Assembly (NCBI GenBank): GCA_963741955.1
Contig: CAVUKB010000004.1
Location: forward strand, 64,001 to 128,000
DNA: 64,000 nucleotides
From: an uncultured Acidobacteriota bacterium
Lineage (GTDB): Bacteria; Acidobacteriota; Thermoanaerobaculia; Gp7-AA8
Direction of reading: 5' to 3'
Positions 1-9,991 of the stretch are shown here, one piece after another. The position numbers and the translations under genes are program-made. The first letter of the stretch is position 1. Each line of letters opens with the position of its first letter. The notes under the pieces are model-generated. The model did not search any database. It saw only the letters and a list, made by a program, of their open reading frames with translations, and was not told where the DNA came from.

Positions 1-1
1 A

Positions 2-154
2 ACGGGCTGGCCGGTCGAAGGTGCGCCGCGTTCGGTGACTGTGGTGGGGCGCACGTGCATGGAGGCGGGAACTCTTTCGACGCTCGCATACCTTCAGGGG
101 GCGAACGCCGGCGCGTGGCTCGAGGAGGAGGGCGTGCAGTTCTGGATCACGTGA
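2..154 (+). CDS. apbE: 3' end of FAD:protein FMN transferase (ApbE family), partial
   Basis: Frame 2 translates TGWPVEGAPRSVTVVGRTCMEAGTLSTLAYLQG...QFWIT*, matching the ApbE C-terminal TGxP...SVTV...A..LST motif; runs off the window start. Confidence 0.7.
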   Translation, partial: TGWPVEGAPRSVTVVGRTCMEAGTLSTLAYLQGANAGAWLEEEGVQFWIT

Positions 155-424
155 CGCGGCCCGGCCTGGCTACCGCCCTCTAGGAGTCTGCGCGATAGAA
201 ACGTCCGTAGCGAGAAAGCGGAGCAGCGAGACCAAATTCGTTCGGATTTGAGGTGCGTCGCGCGACGCTGCGTGACGCTCCGCGTGCACGCCAGTGCACG
301 GTCTTCCCTGGTTTGAACACGATCTTCGCCGCGGATCGGAGGATCCGCACCCCCGGACGGGCGGTGGACATCCGTCGATCTTCCTGGCTCGCAGAGCGAC
401 TATGCTTCGGCGAAGTGGGATAAT

Positions 425-470
425 TACAGAATATTATTCTTCTAAGGCTTCAAAATACAGAACATTATTC
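425..470. promoter_or_regulatory. AT-rich direct-repeat motif TACAGAA(T/C)ATTATTC, 2 copies 31 bp apart
   Basis: Copies start at 425 and 456; homologous to the cluster at 20535-20611; function unknown. Confidence 0.5.
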
Positions 471-562
471 TAATCATGGGTTCACGCGGCGTGGATCGCA
501 CCTCCTCCCTCTCCTCCGAGCTCGAATCTCAGCTCCCGATGAGCGATCCGATGGGAATGCCG

Positions 563-3121
563 CTACATCGGGAGCCAGTACGACATCTTGACGATGAAGA
601 CGTCGTGAGACGGCGCGTCGGGGATTGCGGAGATGTCGTGCCCGAGTCGGAATTCGCCGCTCGGGGCGAACCCGGCGCGGTTCTCGTTCCACGCCACGTA
701 CAGCGCCGAGCCGGGGCGGAACTCCCAGCGGAGGACGGCGCTTCCGCGGAGACTTCGCAGATTGAAGTCGGGCTGGGCGCCATTGTAAGCGTACGGCGCG
801 TATTCGCGCGTTCGTGCGGCGAGCAGCGCACGCGGGTCGTGGTAGTCGCCTGCCGCGATGAACGGCTGAACGTAGAGCTGGAACGACAACCGTGAAGTCA
901 GCGTCCAGTCGACGCGCGTCGCGAGCTCGAACACGTGCTGTTCGAGCTCCGCGAAGAGATAGCGGCGTCCGTACGTCGCGGTCGCGGCTGGATCGTCGAA
1001 CGCGGTGAGGTAATGCGCATACTCGTGCGAGCGGCTGTACGAGGGCTCGAGGCTCACCTGCAGATTGGACGCCGGGCGGGCGCTGAGATCGACGTCGACG
1101 GAATGGACGTACGAGCCATCGCCGCTCCTTTCGATCTCGCCGTTGAGATCGAACCAGAAGGTCTTGCGATCGTCGCTCTCGAGGCCGAGCTCGACGTGTG
1201 CCCCGCCGGGTACCTTCGCCAGCGGGCCTCCGCGTGTGAGCCGATCCGAGAACGCCTCCTGCCAGAAGTAGCTCTCGAGACGCGGCTGCCAGTAATTCGC
1301 CAGCGTTCCGAATACTTCCGCGAGAATGCCGCGCTCGAGAGTGTCGCCGTCGAAGTTCGAGTTCTGCCACGTTCCGACCCGCACGTTCCGCTCGCGGAAA
1401 CGCTTCGTCACCGTCTCGTTCACGTACTGCATCACGGCGTGCGCGGAGACGAGATCGGTCCGCTGCATGAATCCGACGTCGTTCGTCTCGAATCCGGGCG
1501 AGTACGCCTGAACCGAGACGATCGGGCGCCACACTCCCTTCGCGCGAGAGAGCATCGCCATCCCGCCCCACCCTTCGAGCGAATCGCGCGTCGGGTCGTA
1601 CTTCACGTGGCTGGCGTCCGGTCGCTGGTAATAGCGGACCGGCGCCGTCTGTGCGAGCGCGATCGACTCTGCGCTCCCTTCGATGCGGGTTCCGAGCGCG
1701 AACCCTTCCAGGATCCAGTTCCGGTCGCCGAACGTGGTGTATCCGTCGATCCCGCCGCTTTGCGCGCCGTTCCGCAACACCGACGTTTCTCCATCCTGCC
1801 GCCGGTCGACGGACGTGAAGATCAGGCCGAGACGCGATCCGGGCGCGGTCTCCTTCGTCACCCGCGAGACGAAGTAGTTCGACATCGGTTCGACGACGGC
1901 GCGATCGATCTCGCCGTCTGCGGTCACGAACCGTGCGTGCTCGGTGTCGGTCAGCGCATCGAGGACGCCGAGCGACCACCCGCCCGCGACACGCCCGGTC
2001 ACCTTCGCCGCGCCGAGGATCCTCGTCTGGGAAGGAACGTCGGCGAACGGAGAGTCGGGAGGGAGCTGCGGCGAGCGGCCGATCCGCCGGCTGTAGAAGA
2101 CGCTCGGCGGATCGATGAAATTGATATGCGAGGGAGCCGGCGATCCGCCGAAACTGAAGAGGCTCGCTCCCTCCGTGAAGAACGGCCGCTTCTCCGGATA
2201 GAACGTCTCGAATTCCGTGAGGTTCACGACGGCGGGGTCGACCTCGACCTGCCCGAAGTCCGGATTCAACGTTCCCGAGAGCGTGAGCGTCGAGGTGAGG
2301 GCGTACTTCAGATCGAGACCGGCGTCGGCGCTCGTCTCACGACTGGAGATCAGCGGATCGGCCGGATCGACGCGGCTGCGGAGATCGCCGCGCGTCACCA
2401 CATACGGCAGTAGCTCGAGCGGCCGCCCGCGGCGGATCCCTTCGATGCCGACGATGTCGGCGAAGTGCGAGACGAATCCGGTCTGTCCCTTCGGCGTGTT
2501 GACGATCCGCACCATCTCGTTCGTCCGCGTGGTTCTTCGTGTGATGTTGATGCCCCACACCTGCACCGGCTTGTCGGGGAAGCGGAGCTGGGAGAACGGG
2601 ATCCGCACCTCGGCGGTCCATCCGTCTGCGACGATCCGGGTCGCCGAATCCCAGACGCCGTCCCAGCTCGGGTCCTCGCCGACGTCGTTGTAGAGCACAG
2701 TGTCGACCTGCACGTTCGAGGGGTTGACGGTGAAGGCGTTGCCCGAGAGTCTGTCGAGCTGCGGATCGAGATTGATCGAGACGAAGTCGGCCTGCGTGAA
2801 GTTGTCACGACGGGCGAGGCGTGCGGTTGGCGGATCGGTGTCGACCATCTTCAGGCCGAAGTAGATCGCGTGGTCGTCGTAGACGATGCGGACGCTCGTC
2901 GGGAGGGTTGCGGGGCGGGTGTCGTCGGGATCGTGCTGGGTGAAATCGGTGAACGCCGGTGCCTTCTCCCATTGCGGATCCGAGAGGTCGCCGTCGACTT
3001 TCGGTCCGTGTGCCACGCGCACTGCGTGGAGACGCGGATGCTCCGGCCAGTTCGCGGCATGTGCAGCGACGCCGGTCAGTGCGCAGAGGAGAAGCGTTAT
3101 CGTTCGACGGATCATGGTCAT
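563..3121 (-). CDS. DUF5916 / CBM9-like domain secreted or outer-membrane protein
   Basis: Signal peptide MTMIRRTITLLLCALTGVAAHA, CBM9-like VDGDLSDPQW, motif NPDFGQVEVD...ETFYPEKRPFFTEG, C-terminal KMSYW; start trimmed from the ORF-track start at 3508. Confidence 0.85.
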   Translation of the reverse strand: MTMIRRTITLLLCALTGVAAHAANWPEHPRLHAVRVAHGPKVDGDLSDPQWEKAPAFTDFTQHDPDDTRPATLPTSVRIVYDDHAIYFGLKMVDTDPPTARLARRDNFTQADFVSINLDPQLDRLSGNAFTVNPSNVQVDTVLYNDVGEDPSWDGVWDSATRIVADGWTAEVRIPFSQLRFPDKPVQVWGINITRRTTRTNEMVRIVNTPKGQTGFVSHFADIVGIEGIRRGRPLELLPYVVTRGDLRSRVDPADPLISSRETSADAGLDLKYALTSTLTLSGTLNPDFGQVEVDPAVVNLTEFETFYPEKRPFFTEGASLFSFGGSPAPSHINFIDPPSVFYSRRIGRSPQLPPDSPFADVPSQTRILGAAKVTGRVAGGWSLGVLDALTDTEHARFVTADGEIDRAVVEPMSNYFVSRVTKETAPGSRLGLIFTSVDRRQDGETSVLRNGAQSGGIDGYTTFGDRNWILEGFALGTRIEGSAESIALAQTAPVRYYQRPDASHVKYDPTRDSLEGWGGMAMLSRAKGVWRPIVSVQAYSPGFETNDVGFMQRTDLVSAHAVMQYVNETVTKRFRERNVRVGTWQNSNFDGDTLERGILAEVFGTLANYWQPRLESYFWQEAFSDRLTRGGPLAKVPGGAHVELGLESDDRKTFWFDLNGEIERSGDGSYVHSVDVDLSARPASNLQVSLEPSYSRSHEYAHYLTAFDDPAATATYGRRYLFAELEQHVFELATRVDWTLTSRLSFQLYVQPFIAAGDYHDPRALLAARTREYAPYAYNGAQPDFNLRSLRGSAVLRWEFRPGSALYVAWNENRAGFAPSGEFRLGHDISAIPDAPSHDVFIVKMSYWLPM

Positions 3122-3323
3122 TGATGTCCCGTGGACGCGGAACGATGACACGCCGGGCGCGTCGGGGGCAACCGGGCCGGCGTCCATGAAACAGATCCGT
3201 GACATCTCTTCGGGCGAACGCTCAACGCTACCGGCCTGATCTGCGTGGCTCGATCGCGGAATCTCGTGTATCGTACGGAATCCGGCGCGGAGCGGGACCG
3301 CCGTTCTCCCGGAACGACGGACC

Positions 3324-4751
3324 ATGGACTCGACGATCGCACCCACCCACGCACCGGTCGGTCTGCGACCGGACGATCCCTTCAGCGAAGACACCGATCT
3401 GAAACGCGATCTCGGTCTGGTCGAATCGGTCTCGGTCGTCATCAGCCGGATCATCGGCTCGGGGATCTTCCGCACGCCGGCGCCGATCATGGCGCTGGTC
3501 GGCTGCACGTCCCTCTTCGGTCTCGTCTGGGTCCTCGGCGGGATCGTGACGATCTTCGGCGCGGTGGTCTACGCCGAGCTTGCCGCGATGATGCCGCGAT
3601 CCGGCGGACCGTACGAGTACCTGAAACTCTCGTTCGGGCCTTTCTGGGCGTTCCTCCGCGGGTGGGCGATGTTCTTCGTTTCGGAGACCGCATCGATCGC
3701 GGCGGTCGCCCTGATCTTCGGCGAGTACCTCAACGCGATCTGGGTGATCGTCTTTGGCGCCCCGTTCAACCGGATCATCCTGTACGCGGTCGCGCTCGGG
3801 ACGATCTGGCTCCTCACCACGGTCAATCTCTTCGGGGTTCACCTGAGCGGTGTGGTGCAGACGGTCTTCGGAAGCATCAAGGTGATCGCGGTGGGGGGGA
3901 TCATCGGCGTGGCCTTCACGTCGTGGAGCACCGGAAGCTGGAGCAACTTCGCGAATCCGCTTTTCCCTGCCGCCTGGACGGGATCGACGATCCTCGCGGT
4001 CGGCGCGGCGATGCGCTACAGCTTCTTCGCCTTCAGCGGATGGGAGGGAGCGACGTACATCGCGGAGGAAGTGAAGAACCCGAGAAAGAACCTCCCTCTG
4101 TCGCTGTTCATCGGCATCGGGGGAGTGATGTTTCTCTACCTCGGCGCGAACTCCGCGTACCTGTTTCAGCTTTCTCCCGCGACGATCTCTCATTCTCCGG
4201 AAGTCGCGACCCGTGCGATGGAAGTTGCACTCGGCGCGTCCGGCGGCATTCTGATCTCGATCGCAGTGATGCTGAACACGTTCGGCAACGTGAGTACGCA
4301 GATCCTCTGCAAGGCACGAACGTGGCAGGCGATGGCGCGCGACCGGATGTTCCTGGATGGATTCGCGAAGCTCCATCCGGAGTACCGGACGCCGAACAAC
4401 GCACTCCTCGGGCAGGCGATCTGGGCGACCGTGCTGCTGACATTCGCGATCCTCGCAAAGAACTCCTACGAGGTGATCATCGACTTCTTCTCGGCGACGT
4501 CGACGATCTTCAACGTTCTGGTCTTCGTTTCGATCTTCATCTTCCGGAAGAAGTACCCCGACGTCCCGCGGCCTTACCGCGCGTGGGGATACCCCTGGAG
4601 CGTCTTCGTGATCCTCGGGGTGTACGCGGTGTTCTTCGTGATCACGATCTGGACCGCCTTCATACCGTCGATGGTCGGCCTCGCGCTGACCGCCACCGGC
4701 GCGCCGTTCTACTACTTCAAGGTCGTGCGTACGCGCCGCCAGCGCGGCTGA
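3324..4751 (+). CDS. APC-family amino acid permease
   Basis: IIGSGIF, YAELAAMMPRSGGPYEY, EEVKNPRKNLP and RPYRAWGYP motifs; about 12 hydrophobic segments. Confidence 0.92.
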   Translation: MDSTIAPTHAPVGLRPDDPFSEDTDLKRDLGLVESVSVVISRIIGSGIFRTPAPIMALVGCTSLFGLVWVLGGIVTIFGAVVYAELAAMMPRSGGPYEYLKLSFGPFWAFLRGWAMFFVSETASIAAVALIFGEYLNAIWVIVFGAPFNRIILYAVALGTIWLLTTVNLFGVHLSGVVQTVFGSIKVIAVGGIIGVAFTSWSTGSWSNFANPLFPAAWTGSTILAVGAAMRYSFFAFSGWEGATYIAEEVKNPRKNLPLSLFIGIGGVMFLYLGANSAYLFQLSPATISHSPEVATRAMEVALGASGGILISIAVMLNTFGNVSTQILCKARTWQAMARDRMFLDGFAKLHPEYRTPNNALLGQAIWATVLLTFAILAKNSYEVIIDFFSATSTIFNVLVFVSIFIFRKKYPDVPRPYRAWGYPWSVFVILGVYAVFFVITIWTAFIPSMVGLALTATGAPFYYFKVVRTRRQRG

Positions 4752-4759
4752 GCGTTCGA

Positions 4760-6137
4760 GTGGGTTGGACGTCCCGTCCGATGCCCAGTGGGTTGGACGT
4801 CCCGTCCGATGCAGGGTGGCGTCCCGCGCCACCCTGCTCCGGGCAGGTTACGACGATCCTCCCGAGAATCGAGACGCGAACGGACCGCAATGTGAGAGGA
4901 ACGATCCGTGTGTGGTCGATGCCATCGCTCCCCGGCAGGATGCCGGGGAGCCTCGCGCGAGACGCGCGACCCACTTTCGCGCGACCCACTCCAAGTGGGT
5001 TGGACGTCCCGTCCGATGCAGGGTGGAGTCCCGCGCCACCCTGCTCAGGGCAGGTTACGACGATCCTCCCGAGAATCGAGGCGCGAACGGACCGCAATGT
5101 GAGAGGAACGATTCGCGTGTGGTTGCTGCGATCGCTCCCCGGCAGGATGCCGGGGAGCCTCGCGCGAGACGCGCGACCCACTTTCGCGCGACCCACGGTG
5201 GTGGGTTGGACGTCCCGTCCGATGCCCAGTGGGTTGGACGTCTCGTCCGATGCAGGGTGGAGTCCCGCGCCACCCTGCTCCGGGAAGGTTACGACGATCC
5301 TCCCGGGAATCGAGGCGCGAACGGACCGCAAAGCGAGAGGAACGATCCGCGTGTGGTTGCTGCCATCGCTCCCCGGCAGGATGCCGGGGAGCGTCGCGCG
5401 AGACGCGCGACCCACTTTCGCGCGACCCACTCCCAGTGGGTTGGACGTCCCGTCCGATGCAGGGTGGGTTGGACGTCTCGTCCGATGCAGGGTGGAGTCC
5501 CGCGCCACCCTGCTCCGGGCAGGTCACGACGATCCTCCCGAGAAATCGAGACGCGAACGGACCGCAATGCGAGAGGAACGATTTGCGTGTGGTTGCTGCG
5601 ATCGCTCCCCGGCAGGATGCCGGGGAGCCTCGCGCGAGACGCGCGACCCACTTTCGCGCGACCCACTGTAGTGGGTTGGGCGTCTCGCCCGATGCACCAG
5701 TGGGTTGGACGTCCCGTCCGATGCAGGGTGGAGTCCCGCGCCACCCTGCTCCGGGCAGGTCACGACGATCCTCCCGAGAAATCGAGACGCGAACGGACCG
5801 CAATGCGAGAGGAACGATTTGCGTGTGGTTGCTGCCATCGCTCCCCGGCAGGATGCCGGGGAGCGTCGCGCGAGACGCGCGACCCACTTTCGCGCGACCC
5901 ACTCCCAGTGGGTTGGACGTCCCGTCCGATGCAGGGTGGGTTGGACGTCTCGTCCGATGCAGGGTGGAGTCCCGCGCCACCCTGCTCCGGGCAGGTTACG
6001 ACGATCCTCCCGAGAATCGAGGCACGAACGGACCGCAAAGCGAGAGGAACGATTCGCGTGTGGTTGCTGCCATCGCTCCCCGGCAGGATGCCGGGGAGCC
6101 TCGCGCGAGACGCGCGACCCACTTTCGCGCGACCCAC
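4760..6137. repeat. REPIN/BIME-like tandem array, 6 units of about 207-236 bp made of multiple hairpins
   Basis: Unit marker GCAGGGTGG..CCACCCTGC at 4811, 5018, 5252, 5487, 5723 and 5959; units begin GTGGGTTGGACGTCCCGTCCGATGC and end TCGCGCGACCCAC. Confidence 0.9.
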
Positions 6138-6251
6138 TGACGGTCGGAAACGGATTTCGTCACCGTGCATCAAAGATAGCAGCAGCCCCTCCGGGGCATT
6201 CGTCCGAGAATTCGTATCCGCCGATCTCGACGGAAGAGGGAGCGCCACGGC

Positions 6252-7799
6252 ATGAGCGAGGAGTATCCATCGACGAATCCAGTCCCGGAGCTCGCTCCGC
6301 GCGACACCCACAATCTGCGACTGCTGTCGAACGTTCACCCACCAGACTGGGTGAATCCGCAGCCGGCGGATCGATACAACCTCGTGGTCATCGGCGCCGG
6401 GACGGCCGGTCTCGTCAGCGCCATCGGAGCCGCGGGCCTCGGTGCGAAGGTCGCGCTGGTCGAACGGCACCTGATGGGGGGAGATTGCCTGAATGTCGGC
6501 TGCGTCCCTTCGAAGACGCTGATCCGTGCGTCACGCGCGATGGCCGACGTCCGCGATGCCGGCCGTTTCGGGATTCACGTTCCCGACGCCGTTCGCGTCG
6601 ACTTTGCGGAGGTGATGGAACGGGTACGCCGCATTCGCGCTGAGATCAGCCCGAACGATTCGGCGCGCCGCCTTCGGGACCACTACGGGATCGACGTGTT
6701 CCTCGGCGATGGCCGTTTTGTCGGAGATGACGTGGTGGAAGTCGGCGGCGCGAGGCTCAGCTTCGCCCGAGCCGTCATCGCCACCGGCGCGCGCGCGATG
6801 GTGCCATCGGTTCCCGGGCTCGCCGCGGCGGGCTTCCTCACCAACGAGACGGTGTTCAACCTGACCGAGCAGCCGGCGCGACTGGCGGTCGTGGGAGGGG
6901 GGCCGATCGGCTGCGAGCTCGCCCAGGCGTTCGCGCGCCTCGGGACGAAGACGACCATCATCGAACAGGGGAAACAGTTTCTGCCGCGCGAGGACGCCGA
7001 CGCGGTCGCGGTGCTGGCGAGCGCACTGGAACGCGATGGCGTGGAGATCCGTCTCGATACCAGCCTCACTCGCGTCGAGAGCCAGGGGGGAGTGAAGGTG
7101 CTCCATCTGAATCGCAACGGCGCGACTTCGACCCTCGAGGTCGATGCAATCCTCGTCGGCGTCGGGCGCGCGCCGAACGTGGAGGGGCTCGGTCTCGACG
7201 CGGCGGGCGTACGCGCGGGCAAAGGGGGCATCGAAGTCGATGACCACCTGCAGACGTCGAATCCGCACATCTTCGCCGCGGGCGACGTCTGCTCGCGCTA
7301 CAAGTTCACTCACGCCGCCGATTTCATGGCTCGCGCGGTGATCCAGAACGCGCTCTTCGGGTTCACGGGAAGGAAGCGGGTCAGCAGCCTGACGATCCCG
7401 TGGTGCACGTACACCGACCCCGAGATCGCTCACGTCGGGATGTACGAGCGCGACGCGAAGGCCCGAGGGATCGAGACCGACACGTTCACCGTCCCGATGG
7501 CGGAGGTCGATCGCGCCATCGCGGAGGGAGATGACGGCGGGTTCGTGAAGGTTCACGTGCGCAAAGGCTCCGATGAGATCCTGGGTGCCACGATGGTTTC
7601 GCGGCATGCCGGCGAGACGATCGGCGAGATCACTACGGCCATGGCCGGAGGGCTGGGGCTCGGCAAGCTCGCGTCGGTGATTCATCCCTATCCCACGCAG
7701 GCCGAGGCCATTCGCAAAGCAGGCGACGCGTTCAACCGCACCCGGCTCACCCCGGGTCGTCTCGGACTTCTGCGCCGCTACTTCAAGTGGAGGCGGTAG
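6252..7799 (+). CDS. Class I pyridine nucleotide-disulfide oxidoreductase (often annotated mercuric reductase-like)
   Basis: GAGTAG, GGDCLNVGCVPSK, GGGPIGCE and HPYPTQAE motifs; no C-terminal Cys-Cys pair. Confidence 0.88.
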   Translation: MSEEYPSTNPVPELAPRDTHNLRLLSNVHPPDWVNPQPADRYNLVVIGAGTAGLVSAIGAAGLGAKVALVERHLMGGDCLNVGCVPSKTLIRASRAMADVRDAGRFGIHVPDAVRVDFAEVMERVRRIRAEISPNDSARRLRDHYGIDVFLGDGRFVGDDVVEVGGARLSFARAVIATGARAMVPSVPGLAAAGFLTNETVFNLTEQPARLAVVGGGPIGCELAQAFARLGTKTTIIEQGKQFLPREDADAVAVLASALERDGVEIRLDTSLTRVESQGGVKVLHLNRNGATSTLEVDAILVGVGRAPNVEGLGLDAAGVRAGKGGIEVDDHLQTSNPHIFAAGDVCSRYKFTHAADFMARAVIQNALFGFTGRKRVSSLTIPWCTYTDPEIAHVGMYERDAKARGIETDTFTVPMAEVDRAIAEGDDGGFVKVHVRKGSDEILGATMVSRHAGETIGEITTAMAGGLGLGKLASVIHPYPTQAEAIRKAGDAFNRTRLTPGRLGLLRRYFKWRR

Positions 7800-7976
7800 C
7801 CCGCATTTCTCACACCATCTCTGCTGCGGAGGCGGATAGCGGCCTGTCTACTACGTTGCGCACAGCTTCGGCTCCTCGACATAGTCACCACTATGCCTTC
7901 GTCGCCGAAGCTGCGCGCGCCTCGTATCCAAGCCACTCTCCGCCTCCTCGCGACGAGACGGTGTGAGAAATGCGGG
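7800..7976. mobile_element. 177-bp MITE, copy 1
   Basis: TIR CCCGCATTTCTCACA...TGTGAGAAATGCGGG; flanks GTAG/CCAG (degenerate TSD); the left TAG is the oxidoreductase stop codon. Confidence 0.85.
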
Positions 7977-7995
7977 CCAGGCCCGCTCGGGCGAA

Positions 7996-9078
7996 TCAGT
8001 TGCGGGATGGTTGCGCCACGGCCGTCGCGTCGAACCAGTGCCGCGTCGAAAGGCACATCCGGCAGACCGACAACATCACCGGCACCTCCACCAGCACTCC
8101 CACCACCGTTGCGAGCGCGGCGCCCGAGCCCGGGCCGTAGAGCGCGATCGCAGTCGCCACGGCGAGCTCGAAGAAATTCGAAGCGCCGATCAGAGCTCCC
8201 GGTGCCGCCACCTCGTATGGCACCCGGAACCAGTGCATCAGGGCATACGTCAGCGATGAATTGAAGTAGACCTGGAGAAGGATCGGGATCGCGATCAGGA
8301 GTACGTGAAACCAGCGCGCGGTGATGTTCTCCGCCTGGAACGCGAAAATCAGGACGAGGGTGGCGAGAAGTGCGACGATGGTCACCGGCGCAAACCGCGG
8401 AAGGAATCGCTGCTCGAACCATTCCGTCCCTCTCTTTCGGATCAGCCATGCCCGGCTCGCTCCGCCGAGAGCGAGCGGAATCACCACGAAGATGAGCACC
8501 GAGTCGAGGAGGACGCGAAACGGGACTTCCAGCCCCGTCGTTCCCGCGATCAGAAACGTCACGATCGGCGCGAACGCGACCAGCATGATCAGATCGTTCA
8601 CCGACACCTGCACCAGGGTGTAGGCCGGATCGCCATCGGAGAGATACGACCAGACGAAGACCATCGCGGTACACGGCGCCGCGGCGAGGATGATCACTCC
8701 CGCGGTGTACTGGCTCGCGAGCTCGGGGCCGATGAGCGGAAGGAAGAGATGACGGAAGAAGAGCCACCCGAAAAGCGCCATCGAGAACGGTTTCACCAGC
8801 CAGTTCACGACGAGGGTGATGACCAGCCCCCTCGGGCGCTGTCCCACCCGGACGATCGACCCGAGATCGATCTTCAGCATCATCGGGTAGATCATCAGCC
8901 AGATCAGCACCGCGATCGGAACATTGATGTGGCTCCCGGATCCGAACTCCAGTCGCTGGAGAAGCTGCGTTCCCCCGGAGAAGAGCTTGCCGATCAGCAC
9001 GCCGATGACCATGCACGAGGCCACCCACAGCGAGAGGTAGCGCTCGAAGACGTTCATCTGCCCTGGCTTCGTGCTCAT
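7996..9078 (-). CDS. arsB: ACR3-family arsenite efflux transporter
   Basis: FERYLSLWV, LIWLMIYPMM, AAAPCTAMVFVWS, GASNFFELAVA and VGVLVEVPVML motifs. Confidence 0.95.
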   Translation of the reverse strand: MSTKPGQMNVFERYLSLWVASCMVIGVLIGKLFSGGTQLLQRLEFGSGSHINVPIAVLIWLMIYPMMLKIDLGSIVRVGQRPRGLVITLVVNWLVKPFSMALFGWLFFRHLFLPLIGPELASQYTAGVIILAAAPCTAMVFVWSYLSDGDPAYTLVQVSVNDLIMLVAFAPIVTFLIAGTTGLEVPFRVLLDSVLIFVVIPLALGGASRAWLIRKRGTEWFEQRFLPRFAPVTIVALLATLVLIFAFQAENITARWFHVLLIAIPILLQVYFNSSLTYALMHWFRVPYEVAAPGALIGASNFFELAVATAIALYGPGSGAALATVVGVLVEVPVMLSVCRMCLSTRHWFDATAVAQPSRN

Positions 9079-9236
9079 CGTTCTAGGTCCCCCGGCGGCG
9101 CGTCTACGGATCCCGATGTGCCCGTTCTCCCGGAGGAGACATCGTCATTTCGGGAATTGCCGAAATAGCGTACGCCATCCCGGCGCGGTTGTGCAACCCG
9201 GCTCGCCGGAGCCTTCGGAGAGGTGAGGCTCGTTCC

Positions 9237-9265
9237 GTGACAATCGTTGTGGAAGCGCGTATGGT
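9237..9265 (+). promoter_or_regulatory. Putative sigma-70-type promoter of the RRM gene
   Basis: GTGACA-17 nt-TATGGT. Confidence 0.45.
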
Positions 9266-9452
9266 GGAGATACGCTCGGGAACCTTCCTGGGCACTTCAG
9301 TTCATCTGAGCTAAGTCAGATCCTCTGGATTCACTCCCCTTAGCGTTTCCATCCTCTCGAAACGCAGCAGCCCGAATCTCTCATCGGAGAGAGCCGCGTG
9401 CGGCTGCTTCGTGGACGGAGGCCCGGCAATGCAATGCCGGCAGGAGGCTCGG

Positions 9453-9719
9453 ATGAAGCTCTATTTCGGAAATCTTCCAGAACGGGTCCACGACGCTCAG
9501 TTGAGCGATCTGGCCAAACCGTACGGGACCGTCGTCTCGGCGAGTGTCGTTACCGACCACAGCAGCGGTGAGTCGCGGGGTTTCGGCTTCGTGGAGCTCG
9601 GGACTCCGGAGGAGGGGAGGGCGGCCATCGCGGCGCTCGACGGGACCGACATGGATGGACAGACGCTGAAGGTGAACGAAGCGAAACCACGCAAAGACGC
9701 CGGGTTCCGGCGCAACTGA
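9453..9719 (+). CDS. RNA-binding protein, single RRM domain
   Basis: RNP2 KLYFGNL, RNP1 RGFGFVE, LKVNEAKPR; AGGAGG RBS at 9442. Confidence 0.93.
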   Translation: MKLYFGNLPERVHDAQLSDLAKPYGTVVSASVVTDHSSGESRGFGFVELGTPEEGRAAIAALDGTDMDGQTLKVNEAKPRKDAGFRRN

Positions 9720-9755
9720 TCCGAGGGGACGATGACCATGAGAACGGAGTGTGGG

Positions 9756-9971
9756 ATGAAGATCACTGTCGATGAACGGGTCCCTCAGTTGCGGGAGCGC
9801 CTTCGTGAGCGTCTCGATCGTGTGGCGCGCTTGCGGTGCGAAGACCACCACCAGCCGGTGGTGGCGGTCGCGATTCACGGACTGGAGAACGGATGGTTCG
9901 ACTCGCTCTGGACCACGTGCTGCGAGGCTCTCGAGAGACAGGCTTCCGCCATCGTGAAGAAACGCTGCTGA
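9756..9971 (+). CDS. Small hypothetical protein with Cys/His motifs (CEDHH, CC)
   Basis: ORF directly after the RRM gene; start uncertain (9732, 9738 or 9756). Confidence 0.5.
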   Translation: MKITVDERVPQLRERLRERLDRVARLRCEDHHQPVVAVAIHGLENGWFDSLWTTCCEALERQASAIVKKRC

Positions 9972-9991
9972 CGATCGGTTGATGCGGTGAC

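Noticed and set aside
4760-6137. CRISPR array
   Set aside because: The intervening segments are near-identical rather than unique spacers, units exceed 200 bp, and no cas genes are present; the same applies to 9992-10430
4717-6643. Multiple overlapping ORFs across the repeat array
   Set aside because: Open in many frames on both strands with Arg/Pro-rich, non-protein-like composition; artefacts of GC-rich repeats
6252-7799. True mercuric reductase MerA or a metal-resistance island with Acr3
   Set aside because: No C-terminal Cys-Cys pair or NmerA domain, no mer genes, arsR or arsC; the two genes are convergent
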